Origin: an uncultured Bacteroidaceae bacterium
Lineage (GTDB): Bacteria; Bacteroidota; Bacteroidia; Bacteroidales; GCA-2748055
Length of the DNA stretch: 64,000 nt
Direction of reading: 5' to 3'
Assembly (NCBI GenBank): GCA_964572225.1
Contig: CAZNFR010000003.1
Span: 326-64,325, forward strand
This document shows, piece by piece, positions 29,308-37,934 of the stretch. The stretch's first letter is position 1, and each line of letters starts with the position of its first letter. The notes under the pieces were generated by a model, which was given only the letters and a program-made list of their open reading frames with translations, searched no databases and was not told the origin of the DNA. The translations under genes and the position numbers were made by a program.

Positions 29308-32300
29308 CTATTCCTTTTTTGCCGGCAGACTAAAATAAAATTCGGCACCTTTCCCCGGACTTGAATCGGCCCAGATTCTGCCGTTATGCTTCTCAATAAT
29401 TCTTTTGGCAAAAGCCAGTCCGACCCCGGTACCCGGAAACTGACGATCGGAATGTAAGCGCTGGAAAACCCCGAAAAGCTTATTGTAATAATCCTTGTTA
29501 AAACCTACCCCGTTGTCCTTCACGCAAAACTCCACAAAATCACCATTCCTTTCACCGGAAACATCAATTAAGGCCTTTTCATTTTTTGAAGTATACTTAA
29601 GTGCGTTGGATAGTAAATTCGAAACTACCTGCCTTACCATGATCTCATCGCCGTATGCCACAGGCAGTTCGGCAAGATTGAATTCAACGATCCTTTCAGG
29701 TCCAGGGGATTTAAGATCCTGATAAACATCCTTAAATATCCTTTCAATATTGAGTCTTTTAAGATTAACATCCTGCCGGTTCAGCCTCGAAAAGGAGAGG
29801 ATTTCATCAATGAGTATACCCATTTTTTCCGAGTTTCGGATAATGGTATCCAGGGTCTCCTTTGCCTCCTCCGGCAGATCCTCATAGAAATCCTCTTTCA
29901 GAATGGTGGAATAGCCGGCAATGGCCCTGAGCGGGGTTCTGAGGTCGTGAGATACAGAATAACTGAAACTTTCAAGCTCGGCATTAAGGTTTCTGAGCTT
30001 GGCATTGGATTCTTCCAGTTCACGCGTTCTCAATTTGATCTTTTCTTCCAGCAACTGATTCAACTCCTTCATTGCCAGGGTGGCTTTCTTCTTTTCCGTG
30101 ATATCGGTAAAAATAGTAGCAAACAGATCTTTCCCAGGCGAGTATACCCCAATGGAAAAATATTTGTCCATCGGAGCGAAATAGTCCTCGAACTGAATAG
30201 CCTCATGAGTTTCCTCTATCCGTGAATAAATATCCAGATAGGGTGCAACCGGAACTGAATAAGCTTCTGTTGCAGTTTTATTGAGGACCTCATTCCTTTT
30301 TATCCCAAGGATTTTTTCGAAGGAGGGATTAACCTCGACAATCCGGTAATCGCATATCTTACCTGCTTTATTTCTCACAAAGGTATGGATGGCAACCCCT
30401 TCATTCATGGACTGAAAGAGACTGGAATATTTCTTCTCGCTTTTCCGCAGCTCTTTCTCTGCCATCCTCTTATCGGAAATATCATTGTAAATAAACAATA
30501 TATGAGGTTCCTCATTCATATAAAAGCGGGTAAAACTACATTCAATATGCACTTCTTTCTTAAAACTGCTAACCGTGGAAATTTCCTTTTTTTGGGTTCC
30601 CCCATTTTGAAGCACCTGAAGGGCGGCATCCTTTAATCCCGATATTTCCCATGATTTGATATGAAGGAAATTCTGACTTAAAACCTGATCAACCGTAGCT
30701 CCAATCATTTCAGCAGATTTTGGATTGGTTCTCAGGCACTGACCCTTCTGGTTATAAACTCCCAGTCCCATGGGTGAATCGTTAAATATCTTCTGATTGA
30801 ATTCCATCTGATTTCTCAGCTCCGACTCCACTAATTCCTTTTCCGAAAGGATTTGTTCCAGAGATTCATTGGTGGTTCTCAACTCTTCATTCTGAGATTT
30901 GAATTCCTCCAACAAAGAATAATACTCCTGATTCTTATGCTGAAGTTTTCGGGATTGCTCCTTCCTTTGGGTTATGTCCCTGATAAAAACTACTATTTCC
31001 CCATTCTCTTTTCTGGAGAAGGTTGCGCTGATCTCTGCATCCATAATACTCCCGTCTGCTTTTTTGTGGCGGGTTTCAAAACGTAAGAAACCATTTTTCT
31101 TTAAGGTTTCTATTCGCTTCCTTATCATCTCCTCATCCTGATCAACCTCAATGTTCGCAATCTTCATCCCTTTCAGTCTGTCCACTGGAATTCCTATCAT
31201 TTTGGCATAGGCTTCGTTTACTTCCTGTATTACTCCGTGAATATCCGTGATCCAGAATCCGTCTATGGAAGTTTTTAAAACCCTTGAGTATTTGTATTCT
31301 GCTTCCCGGAGTTGGGAAATATCCATGGCAAACTCAAACCTGACATCCCGCCCGTCTGGCCATTTGATAAGTTGGTCGGTTATAATAAAATGCTTGTTTA
31401 TCAATGGGTTGTGATGTTCCCAGGTATAACTGTCATGTTCCTTTTTCAGAATGATCTCATTCGTGCAAAAAGGACAGGGGTTTTTAAACCCCTGAAATTC
31501 CTCATAACACTTTTTCCCTATCGGATCCTGCCCCAGAAGTTCTCTGAATGATTTGTTGACAAAGAGGACTTCATAGGTTTCGGGATCGGTAACGTACAAC
31601 ACTTCAGGAAAGTTATCCAAAATGGTATAGAACTGCCGGTTTAATAAATCAATTTCATGTTCCCTTTGCTTTCGCTTGGATATTTCTTCATTGATCTGCT
31701 CGTTGATTTCGATCAGACTCTGGTTTTGCTTCTGATAATTATCGTTTAATTCTCTGTAATTTTGGTTTGCAGTCTGTAGATCCTTCATCATCCGGTTCGT
31801 GGAAATTACTCTTCCTACCTTAACCGCAATGGATTTTATCATTTCTTTTTCCTCTTGAAGAAAAGGATTGCTGCTACTTTTTCCGGTATAGTTTATTTGA
31901 ATTTTTCCCTTAACATCATGAAATTTAATTGGTTGTGTAAGCACCCATTCAGAATCGATCGACATTTTGGTTGTAATCGACAATTCTCCCACTTCAATTT
32001 TAACTTCGGTTTTATCAGGATGAAGAAGCCCATTTTTAATACTCAGGCCCGACTTTAGAAGAAACCTTTTTTCCCTAAAATTTTCCTCAATGCTATACTG
32101 GTCAATTTCGAAAAGACATCTGAGCTCCTTAATTCTTTCCATCAGGTCAGCTGTCTTTTCCTTTAATTTACTGTCTAAAAGCCTGGAAGACCGGGCTTCT
32201 CTTTTGTAGAGTTTCTCAATTTCTTCCTTTTGGGCCAGTATTTCTTCCTTTTGAGACAATATTTCCTCATTCTTGAAGGATAATAATTTCTGACTGGCTT

Positions 32301-33078
32301 TTTGTTCTGTGATGTCTGTCGTGGATCCGGCAATTCTGTATATTCTTCCATTTGAGTCTCTTAAGGGAGTAAGTCTGGTGAGCCACCAAATGTTCTTTCC
32401 TTTCATGGGGATCATTTCTTCATACTGGATTGATTCTCCTGCATCCACACATTTTTGATAATTTGCCTGAACCGCTTTGCATGCATCCAGAGGTAATAAC
32501 GGATAGAGCTCCATAGGCGTTTTTCCCTCAACCTCGATGCTTTTCATTCCTGAAACTCTTTCATGGGCAGGATTGAGACCAAGAAAAATAAACTCACCCC
32601 CGGGAGTATATTCCAATAGAAAGAGTGCAGAATCGATCCCTTCATAGACACTTTTTAGCAATGCGGGGTTCATAAGCGGATCCCTCTTCAGGGCAGAAGG
32701 TTCTGCTAAATTTCCTACTTTCAGCAGAATGCTTTTTTCCTTACTGTTGAGACAAATGGCCTCTGCCTGTACTATTCTTTTTCCAAACTGAACCCCGGTC
32801 CTAAGCGTAATGCTCATACGCTGTTTTCCTTTCTTAAGAAGCTCTTCACTAAAATCCCTGAATTTTTTCCTGTCATTTGAAACCAGGAAGCTTTCAAACT
32901 TTTTTTCTTCAATGTACTTCCCTTTTGTTTCCAAAAGATCCGGAACATCTTCGGAGATCCAGCAGATAATTCCCTGAGTAATCAGAAAAGTCCTGCATGC
33001 TCCAAAACGAAGCAGGTTGTACATAGATTCCATTCCCTCGACCGGGTAGTGGCTGGGTTGAGTTTGTTTGGCAGGCAT
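29308..33078 (-). CDS. Multi-PAS sensor histidine kinase (soluble, no receiver domain)
   Basis: 1256 aa. It has at least 5 PAS-like modules, coiled coils, an H-box SFSYSVSHDLRTPLRAIAGYS and an HATPase_c region (DNGVGF, GTGVGLAFAKRIIEKHNG). No adjacent response regulator is present. Confidence 0.9.
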   Translation of the reverse strand: MPAKQTQPSHYPVEGMESMYNLLRFGACRTFLITQGIICWISEDVPDLLETKGKYIEEKKFESFLVSNDRKKFRDFSEELLKKGKQRMSITLRTGVQFGKRIVQAEAICLNSKEKSILLKVGNLAEPSALKRDPLMNPALLKSVYEGIDSALFLLEYTPGGEFIFLGLNPAHERVSGMKSIEVEGKTPMELYPLLPLDACKAVQANYQKCVDAGESIQYEEMIPMKGKNIWWLTRLTPLRDSNGRIYRIAGSTTDITEQKASQKLLSFKNEEILSQKEEILAQKEEIEKLYKREARSSRLLDSKLKEKTADLMERIKELRCLFEIDQYSIEENFREKRFLLKSGLSIKNGLLHPDKTEVKIEVGELSITTKMSIDSEWVLTQPIKFHDVKGKIQINYTGKSSSNPFLQEEKEMIKSIAVKVGRVISTNRMMKDLQTANQNYRELNDNYQKQNQSLIEINEQINEEISKRKQREHEIDLLNRQFYTILDNFPEVLYVTDPETYEVLFVNKSFRELLGQDPIGKKCYEEFQGFKNPCPFCTNEIILKKEHDSYTWEHHNPLINKHFIITDQLIKWPDGRDVRFEFAMDISQLREAEYKYSRVLKTSIDGFWITDIHGVIQEVNEAYAKMIGIPVDRLKGMKIANIEVDQDEEMIRKRIETLKKNGFLRFETRHKKADGSIMDAEISATFSRKENGEIVVFIRDITQRKEQSRKLQHKNQEYYSLLEEFKSQNEELRTTNESLEQILSEKELVESELRNQMEFNQKIFNDSPMGLGVYNQKGQCLRTNPKSAEMIGATVDQVLSQNFLHIKSWEISGLKDAALQVLQNGGTQKKEISTVSSFKKEVHIECSFTRFYMNEEPHILFIYNDISDKRMAEKELRKSEKKYSSLFQSMNEGVAIHTFVRNKAGKICDYRIVEVNPSFEKILGIKRNEVLNKTATEAYSVPVAPYLDIYSRIEETHEAIQFEDYFAPMDKYFSIGVYSPGKDLFATIFTDITEKKKATLAMKELNQLLEEKIKLRTRELEESNAKLRNLNAELESFSYSVSHDLRTPLRAIAGYSTILKEDFYEDLPEEAKETLDTIIRNSEKMGILIDEILSFSRLNRQDVNLKRLNIERIFKDVYQDLKSPGPERIVEFNLAELPVAYGDEIMVRQVVSNLLSNALKYTSKNEKALIDVSGERNGDFVEFCVKDNGVGFNKDYYNKLFGVFQRLHSDRQFPGTGVGLAFAKRIIEKHNGRIWADSSPGKGAEFYFSLPAKKE

Positions 33079-33112
33079 GATTTAGTAATTTGACATTCAA
33101 GTTAGGAAAAAT

Positions 33113-33184
33113 CCCCAAATCCCCAAATCCCTGGATCCCCATTCCACCCAAAATCCCCCTTCTCCCCTGGCAGAGATTTCCCCC
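33113..33184. repeat. C-tract / G-tract array (short tandem ATCCCCAA units) in the divergent intergenic region
   Basis: Eight runs of 3-5 C lie on the + strand between 33113 and 33184, including ATCCCCAAATCCCCAAATCCC. The minus strand reads GGGGATTTGGGGATTTGGGGAT. Confidence 0.8.
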
Positions 33185-33227
33185 TTTTTTCCATTAAGGG
33201 ATAAAACAATGAATAAGCTCAAAAATT

Positions 33228-34778
33228 ATGCTGGTAAAAACAAATGGCAGTTCTGTCTATGGGATTGATGCGACTTCGATTACCGTTGAGGTCAACATCA
33301 CTCAGGGAGTAAAATTTTTTATTGTGGGTCTTGCTGATAATGCAGTAAAGGAAAGTCAGCAAAGAATCGAATCTGCCATTCGTACCATTGGTTTTTCCTG
33401 GCCGGGCAAGCGGATCGTAGTAAATCTGGCGCCTGCAGATATCCGGAAGGAGGGTTCGGCTTACGATTTGCCGCTGGCTGTGGGTGTGCTTGCAGCCTCA
33501 GGCCAGATTAGCAGTCAACACCTCAGTGATTATGTACTGATGGGTGAATTGTCACTCGATGGCAGCCTTCAGAAAATCAAGGGGGTATTGCCGATGGCTC
33601 TGAAGGCAAAAGCAGACAGGTTCAGGGGATTTATCCTGCCTGCGGACAATGCATTGGAAGCCGCTGTGGTTGAAGGACTGGAGGTGATCGCCGTGGATAA
33701 CCTTCTGGAGGTGATCGGATTTCTGAACGGAGGGCTGGAACTGAGTCCTGTAAAGGTAGATCCAGGGAAAGAGTTTTATGAAAAAGCTGCATCCTTCGAC
33801 AATGACTTTTTAGAGGTAAAGGGGCAGGAAAACGTAAAACGTGCTCTGGAGATTGCCGCGGCAGGCTCTCATAATTTACTCATGATCGGCCCGCCCGGTG
33901 CAGGGAAAACCATGCTGGCAAAGAGAATCCCGACCATATTGCCCCCTCTGACTATCACTGAGGCATTGGAAACTACCAAAATACATTCAGTAGCAGGAAA
34001 ACTGGGTAGGGAGAACTCCCTTATGACTCGAAGACCCTTCCGCAGTCCCCACCACACCATATCGGATGTGGCCCTTGTGGGTGGGGGGAATTATCCTCAA
34101 CCCGGTGAAATTTCCCTGGCACATAACGGGGTATTATTTCTTGATGAACTCCCTGAATTTAAGCGAAATGTCCTTGAGGTCCTCAGACAACCCCTGGAAG
34201 ATAGGGTTATCAGTATTTCCCGTGCCAAATTCACCATCGAATATCCCAGCAGTTTCATGATGGTCTCCAGCATGAATCCCTGTCCGTGCGGATATTACAA
34301 CCATCCCGAGAAAACCTGCCAATGCGGTCCGGGCCTGGTGAAAAAATACCTCAACAGGATCTCGGGTCCGTTAATGGACCGGATTGATATCCATATCGAG
34401 ATCATTCCTGTTCCTTTCCGCGACCTAAACCGGCTAAGGGAAGCAGAAAACAGTGAGTCCATCAGGGAGAGGGTTATGAAAGCAAGGGAAATTCAGAATC
34501 AGAGGTACAGAGGCGAAAAAGGCATCCATAGCAATTCACAAATGAATTCCAGGATGATCCGAACTTACTGCCGACTCGATGAGCCCTCAGCAGCCATTCT
34601 GAAAAACGCCATGGAGAGGCTGGGTTTTTCAGCACGGGCGTATGATCGTATTCTTAAGGTATCCCGAACCATTGCCGATCTGGATGAAAGCAGGGAGATT
34701 GGAGCCCAACATATTGCCGAGGCGGTAAATTATAGAAATCTCGACCGGGAGAGCTGGGCAGGAAATGCTTTTCCGTAA
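33228..34778 (+). CDS. comM: YifB/ComM family Mg-chelatase-like ATPase
   Basis: 516 aa. It has an N-terminal Lon-like domain (GSAYDLPLAVGVL), Walker A MIGPPGAGKTMLA, and FLDELPEF...ISRA. Confidence 0.9.
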   Translation: MLVKTNGSSVYGIDATSITVEVNITQGVKFFIVGLADNAVKESQQRIESAIRTIGFSWPGKRIVVNLAPADIRKEGSAYDLPLAVGVLAASGQISSQHLSDYVLMGELSLDGSLQKIKGVLPMALKAKADRFRGFILPADNALEAAVVEGLEVIAVDNLLEVIGFLNGGLELSPVKVDPGKEFYEKAASFDNDFLEVKGQENVKRALEIAAAGSHNLLMIGPPGAGKTMLAKRIPTILPPLTITEALETTKIHSVAGKLGRENSLMTRRPFRSPHHTISDVALVGGGNYPQPGEISLAHNGVLFLDELPEFKRNVLEVLRQPLEDRVISISRAKFTIEYPSSFMMVSSMNPCPCGYYNHPEKTCQCGPGLVKKYLNRISGPLMDRIDIHIEIIPVPFRDLNRLREAENSESIRERVMKAREIQNQRYRGEKGIHSNSQMNSRMIRTYCRLDEPSAAILKNAMERLGFSARAYDRILKVSRTIADLDESREIGAQHIAEAVNYRNLDRESWAGNAFP

Positions 34779-34819
34779 CTTGGCAGGATAATTGTATTAT
34801 CCATCGGTTCGGAGGAAAT

Positions 34820-36439
34820 ATGACAAAAAGGATTGTTATCGTATGGTTTACAGTTGTGGCTGCTTTCCAGGGATTAGGTGCCCAGTACAGTTTTCTGGAA
34901 AGTGCGCTGGTTAACAACAACCTGGATAGCCTGAAAACTTTTGTTCGTGCAAATCCGGTAAACGGCTATTACGGGAAAAAACAAGTTACTCCTCTGTCCA
35001 TGGCCGTTTTACTCAACAAGCCCGAAGGAATTAAATACCTTCTTAAAAAAGGAGCCGATCCCGACCAGTTCAGCTCCAATTTCACTCCCCTGATGTATGC
35101 AGTTATCCAGGGTAATAAATCCGTCACCGAATTACTGCTGTTGAACGATGCCAATGTAAATATTAAAAACTCGGGAGGGAACACTGCTCTGATCTATGCC
35201 GCCGGAAACGGCCACACCGATATCGTAAGACTCCTTCTGTCGGCCGGAGCAAGCGCTGAATTAAAAAATGATAACCGACAGGATGCACTCCACTTCGCCA
35301 GATTAAATCATCATGCAGAAACTGCCTATATTTTGAGAGCGAAACTTGTGGCTCTAGGCAAACTTAAATCCGACGCCTTTTACGACGGGCCTCACGTTTT
35401 TTGGATCAACCCGGAAAAATTTAAGGCCTCATTTTACCGTTTTGACCCCAAAAACTATGTCCTGCACCAAAAAATTCATACCTTCAGGTTAAAAAATGAA
35501 GCCCATATTCTTCAAAACCCATTTTTCGATACCGCGCAGTACAGGGTCCCGGGAAGCTATGAGGCTCCTGAATCAACCTTCAACGGGATCGATGAAATCC
35601 TTGTTATCGGCGATATTCATGGTAGCTACATGGAATTTAAAGAACTTCTGATCAACAATGCCGTGATGGATGGTGCAGCCCGGTGGACCTTTGAGAAGGG
35701 TCACCTGGTTCTTCTCGGAGATCTGCTTGACAGAGGCGACGGGGTAACCGAATCTTTGTGGCTAATCCAGGATCTCAGCAGACAAGCATCGGATGCAGGC
35801 GGTAAGGTCCATTTCCTGTTAGGAAACCATGAAATTATGACCATTACCGGGGATCACCGGTATATCAGCGATAAGTATTTTATCCTATCTCAAAAAACCC
35901 AAAAGAACTACTTCGAATTCTTTTCCATAGAAACCGAATTGGGTAGATTTCTGCGAAACCAGAATACAATAGTGAAAATCAACGATCTGATTTTTGTTCA
36001 TGGAGGAATTTCCCCTTCCGTCTTGAATCTTGAAATGCCATTGCCCCTTATCAACGAAAAAATCCGTCTCTTCCTCTCCGGTCAGGACACGCTAACCCCT
36101 GAATCTCGTGAAAAACTGATCTTCGGGCCGGAAAGTCCGTTCTGGTACCGGGGTTACCTTTTTAATACTCCCGAATTTCCGGGAATCACCAGGGCTGAAG
36201 TAGATCAAACCCTGCAAATGTTTGACGCGCAAAGGATTATTTTTGCCCATACCGAAGGGGACCACTTCCGTTTCCAATTCGGTAACCGTTTAATTTGTGT
36301 GGATGTTCCCATGCGAAGCAGGGAAAATATTGAAAAAGCCCTTCTGATCTCAAATAACCAATATTACCTTATCTACCAGGATGGCAGCCGGAAGATCCTG
36401 GATCTGAAAAAGGACATCCCCAAATGTACGGATTTGTAA
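34820..36439 (+). CDS. Exported ankyrin-repeat protein fused to a PPP/calcineurin-like metallophosphatase
   Basis: The signal peptide is MTKRIVIVWFTVVAAFQGLGAQ. About four ANK repeats are present (TPLSMAVLLNKPEGIKYLLKKGADPD, TPLMYAVIQGN..., NTALIYAAGNGHTDIVRLLLSAGAS...). The phosphoesterase motifs are VIGDIHG, LGDLLDRGD, GNHE and VHGG. Confidence 0.8.
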   Translation: MTKRIVIVWFTVVAAFQGLGAQYSFLESALVNNNLDSLKTFVRANPVNGYYGKKQVTPLSMAVLLNKPEGIKYLLKKGADPDQFSSNFTPLMYAVIQGNKSVTELLLLNDANVNIKNSGGNTALIYAAGNGHTDIVRLLLSAGASAELKNDNRQDALHFARLNHHAETAYILRAKLVALGKLKSDAFYDGPHVFWINPEKFKASFYRFDPKNYVLHQKIHTFRLKNEAHILQNPFFDTAQYRVPGSYEAPESTFNGIDEILVIGDIHGSYMEFKELLINNAVMDGAARWTFEKGHLVLLGDLLDRGDGVTESLWLIQDLSRQASDAGGKVHFLLGNHEIMTITGDHRYISDKYFILSQKTQKNYFEFFSIETELGRFLRNQNTIVKINDLIFVHGGISPSVLNLEMPLPLINEKIRLFLSGQDTLTPESREKLIFGPESPFWYRGYLFNTPEFPGITRAEVDQTLQMFDAQRIIFAHTEGDHFRFQFGNRLICVDVPMRSRENIEKALLISNNQYYLIYQDGSRKILDLKKDIPKCTDL

Positions 36440-36569
36440 CAGACCTGTACGAAATCGTTCAGTTTCAAATTGCATTCTATAAAATATCCCACTCATTATC
36501 AGTAAATAAAACATAGTGGCATTTTTTTGGAAGCATTCTCAAAGGAGCAGACAACCCGGAGGATAAAAG

Positions 36570-37661
36570 ATGAAAATCCCAAAACACATCCTTTTATGCA
36601 TACTTGCCCTGACCGTGTACCCCCTATTCGCAAACAGTGATTCTCTGTCCCCGAAAGAAGATCTCATTCCTGAAAAGGAATTTCCTCTTTTTCAAAGCGA
36701 TGAAATACTTAACATCATATTGTATTGTACAGATTTAAAATTGGTTCTAAGGGATAATGGAAAAGAACCTGAGGAGCATGAAGCTTTGCTTTCCGTGATC
36801 GATAAAAATGGAGAACCTTCAGATTTTCAGGTGAAGATCCAAACCCGTGGAGACTTCCGGAAAAAATCGGGAAATTGCGGATTTCCTCCTTTGAGAGTGA
36901 ATTTTGATAAAGACCAGGTGGAAAACACCCTGTTTGAGAATCAAAATAAGTTAAAACTGGTTACCCATTGCAGGAACTTTCCCTCAGATTTCGATCAGCA
37001 TGTGATCAAGGAATATCTGGTTTACAAAATGTATAACCGGATGACCGATAATAGTTTTAGGGTAAGGCTCGCCAGGATCAATTATGTGGATGCTAAAGGA
37101 TGGAAGCAACCCCTGGAACGCTATGCCTTTTTCATCGAAGATACACGTGATGTGGCAGAAAGAACCAGTCATACTCATGTAAAGGCGAACAGCATCCCAC
37201 AGGAATACACCGATGAATATCACGAAACCCTTATGTCCATGTTTCAATTCATGGTCGGAAATACCGACTGGAGCATAAAACAAAGACATAATATCAAACT
37301 CCTTTATGAAACCCCGGAGGATAATCCGATTCCGGTTCCTTACGATTTTGACTGGACCGGATTCGTAAATCCACCTTATGCAAAACCTTCGGATATTCTA
37401 AATATTAAATCGGTGGAAGAAAGACTATACCGCGGCTATGAAAGATCCAACGGATTATTTTTAAAGGTAATCAATGAGCTGCGATCCAATCAGGAGGCTT
37501 TCTATACCCTGATCACGGAATCTCCTCTTGATGAGAAAAACAAAAAGAACTGCAGACAATATCTTGATTCCTTCTTCACTTCCATCTCTGATCCGGGTTT
37601 TATTCAGAGAGAGATCATTCTACAAAGCCGTAAGAGTCCTGATGCGTATTACGGCAAATAA
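36570..37661 (+). CDS. Exported CotH-like protein (putative atypical kinase fold)
   Basis: The signal peptide is MKIPKHILLCILALTVYPLFA. The pattern IQTRGDFRKK...PLRVNFDK...KLKLVTHC...IKEYLVYKMYNRM...VRLARINYVD...FFIEDTRDVAER...GNTDWSIKQRHNIKLLY...PYDFDWTGF resembles the CotH family consensus. This call comes from memory of the family pattern only. Confidence 0.45.
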   Translation: MKIPKHILLCILALTVYPLFANSDSLSPKEDLIPEKEFPLFQSDEILNIILYCTDLKLVLRDNGKEPEEHEALLSVIDKNGEPSDFQVKIQTRGDFRKKSGNCGFPPLRVNFDKDQVENTLFENQNKLKLVTHCRNFPSDFDQHVIKEYLVYKMYNRMTDNSFRVRLARINYVDAKGWKQPLERYAFFIEDTRDVAERTSHTHVKANSIPQEYTDEYHETLMSMFQFMVGNTDWSIKQRHNIKLLYETPEDNPIPVPYDFDWTGFVNPPYAKPSDILNIKSVEERLYRGYERSNGLFLKVINELRSNQEAFYTLITESPLDEKNKKNCRQYLDSFFTSISDPGFIQREIILQSRKSPDAYYGK

Positions 37662-37934
37662 CCCATTTCGAAATTTCCGTTTTCCTATCCTTTTTATAAA
37701 AGCCTTTCCAGATCTTATCAACCTTGTTCTGATAACCGGAAATATCTATATTTTTTGATAGTTCGATTTGATGAAAACTTGAGCCCCTACCTTGATTATC
37801 CCAAAGTTTTTTATATATCTTTACGGCTTTAAAAACTACGACCCTGTGCATCTTTCTACCATGAAATCAGATATTTCCCGACACAATACAATAGTAATTG
37901 CTAAACTTATCTATTTAACTTAAAAGTAAAACTC

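Noticed and set aside
32909-33151. An 80-aa minus-strand ORF beginning MGGMGIQGFGDLG.
   Set aside because: It is an out-of-frame extension over the kinase N-terminus created by the G-tract repeat. The Gly-rich start simply translates the GGGGATTT units.
37615-37851. A 78-aa Lys-rich minus-strand ORF in the 273-nt gap upstream of hppA.
   Set aside because: It overlaps the 3' end of the CotH-like gene, has no recognisable motif or upstream promoter box, and its AT-rich intergenic composition easily yields such ORFs. It cannot be supported without conservation data.
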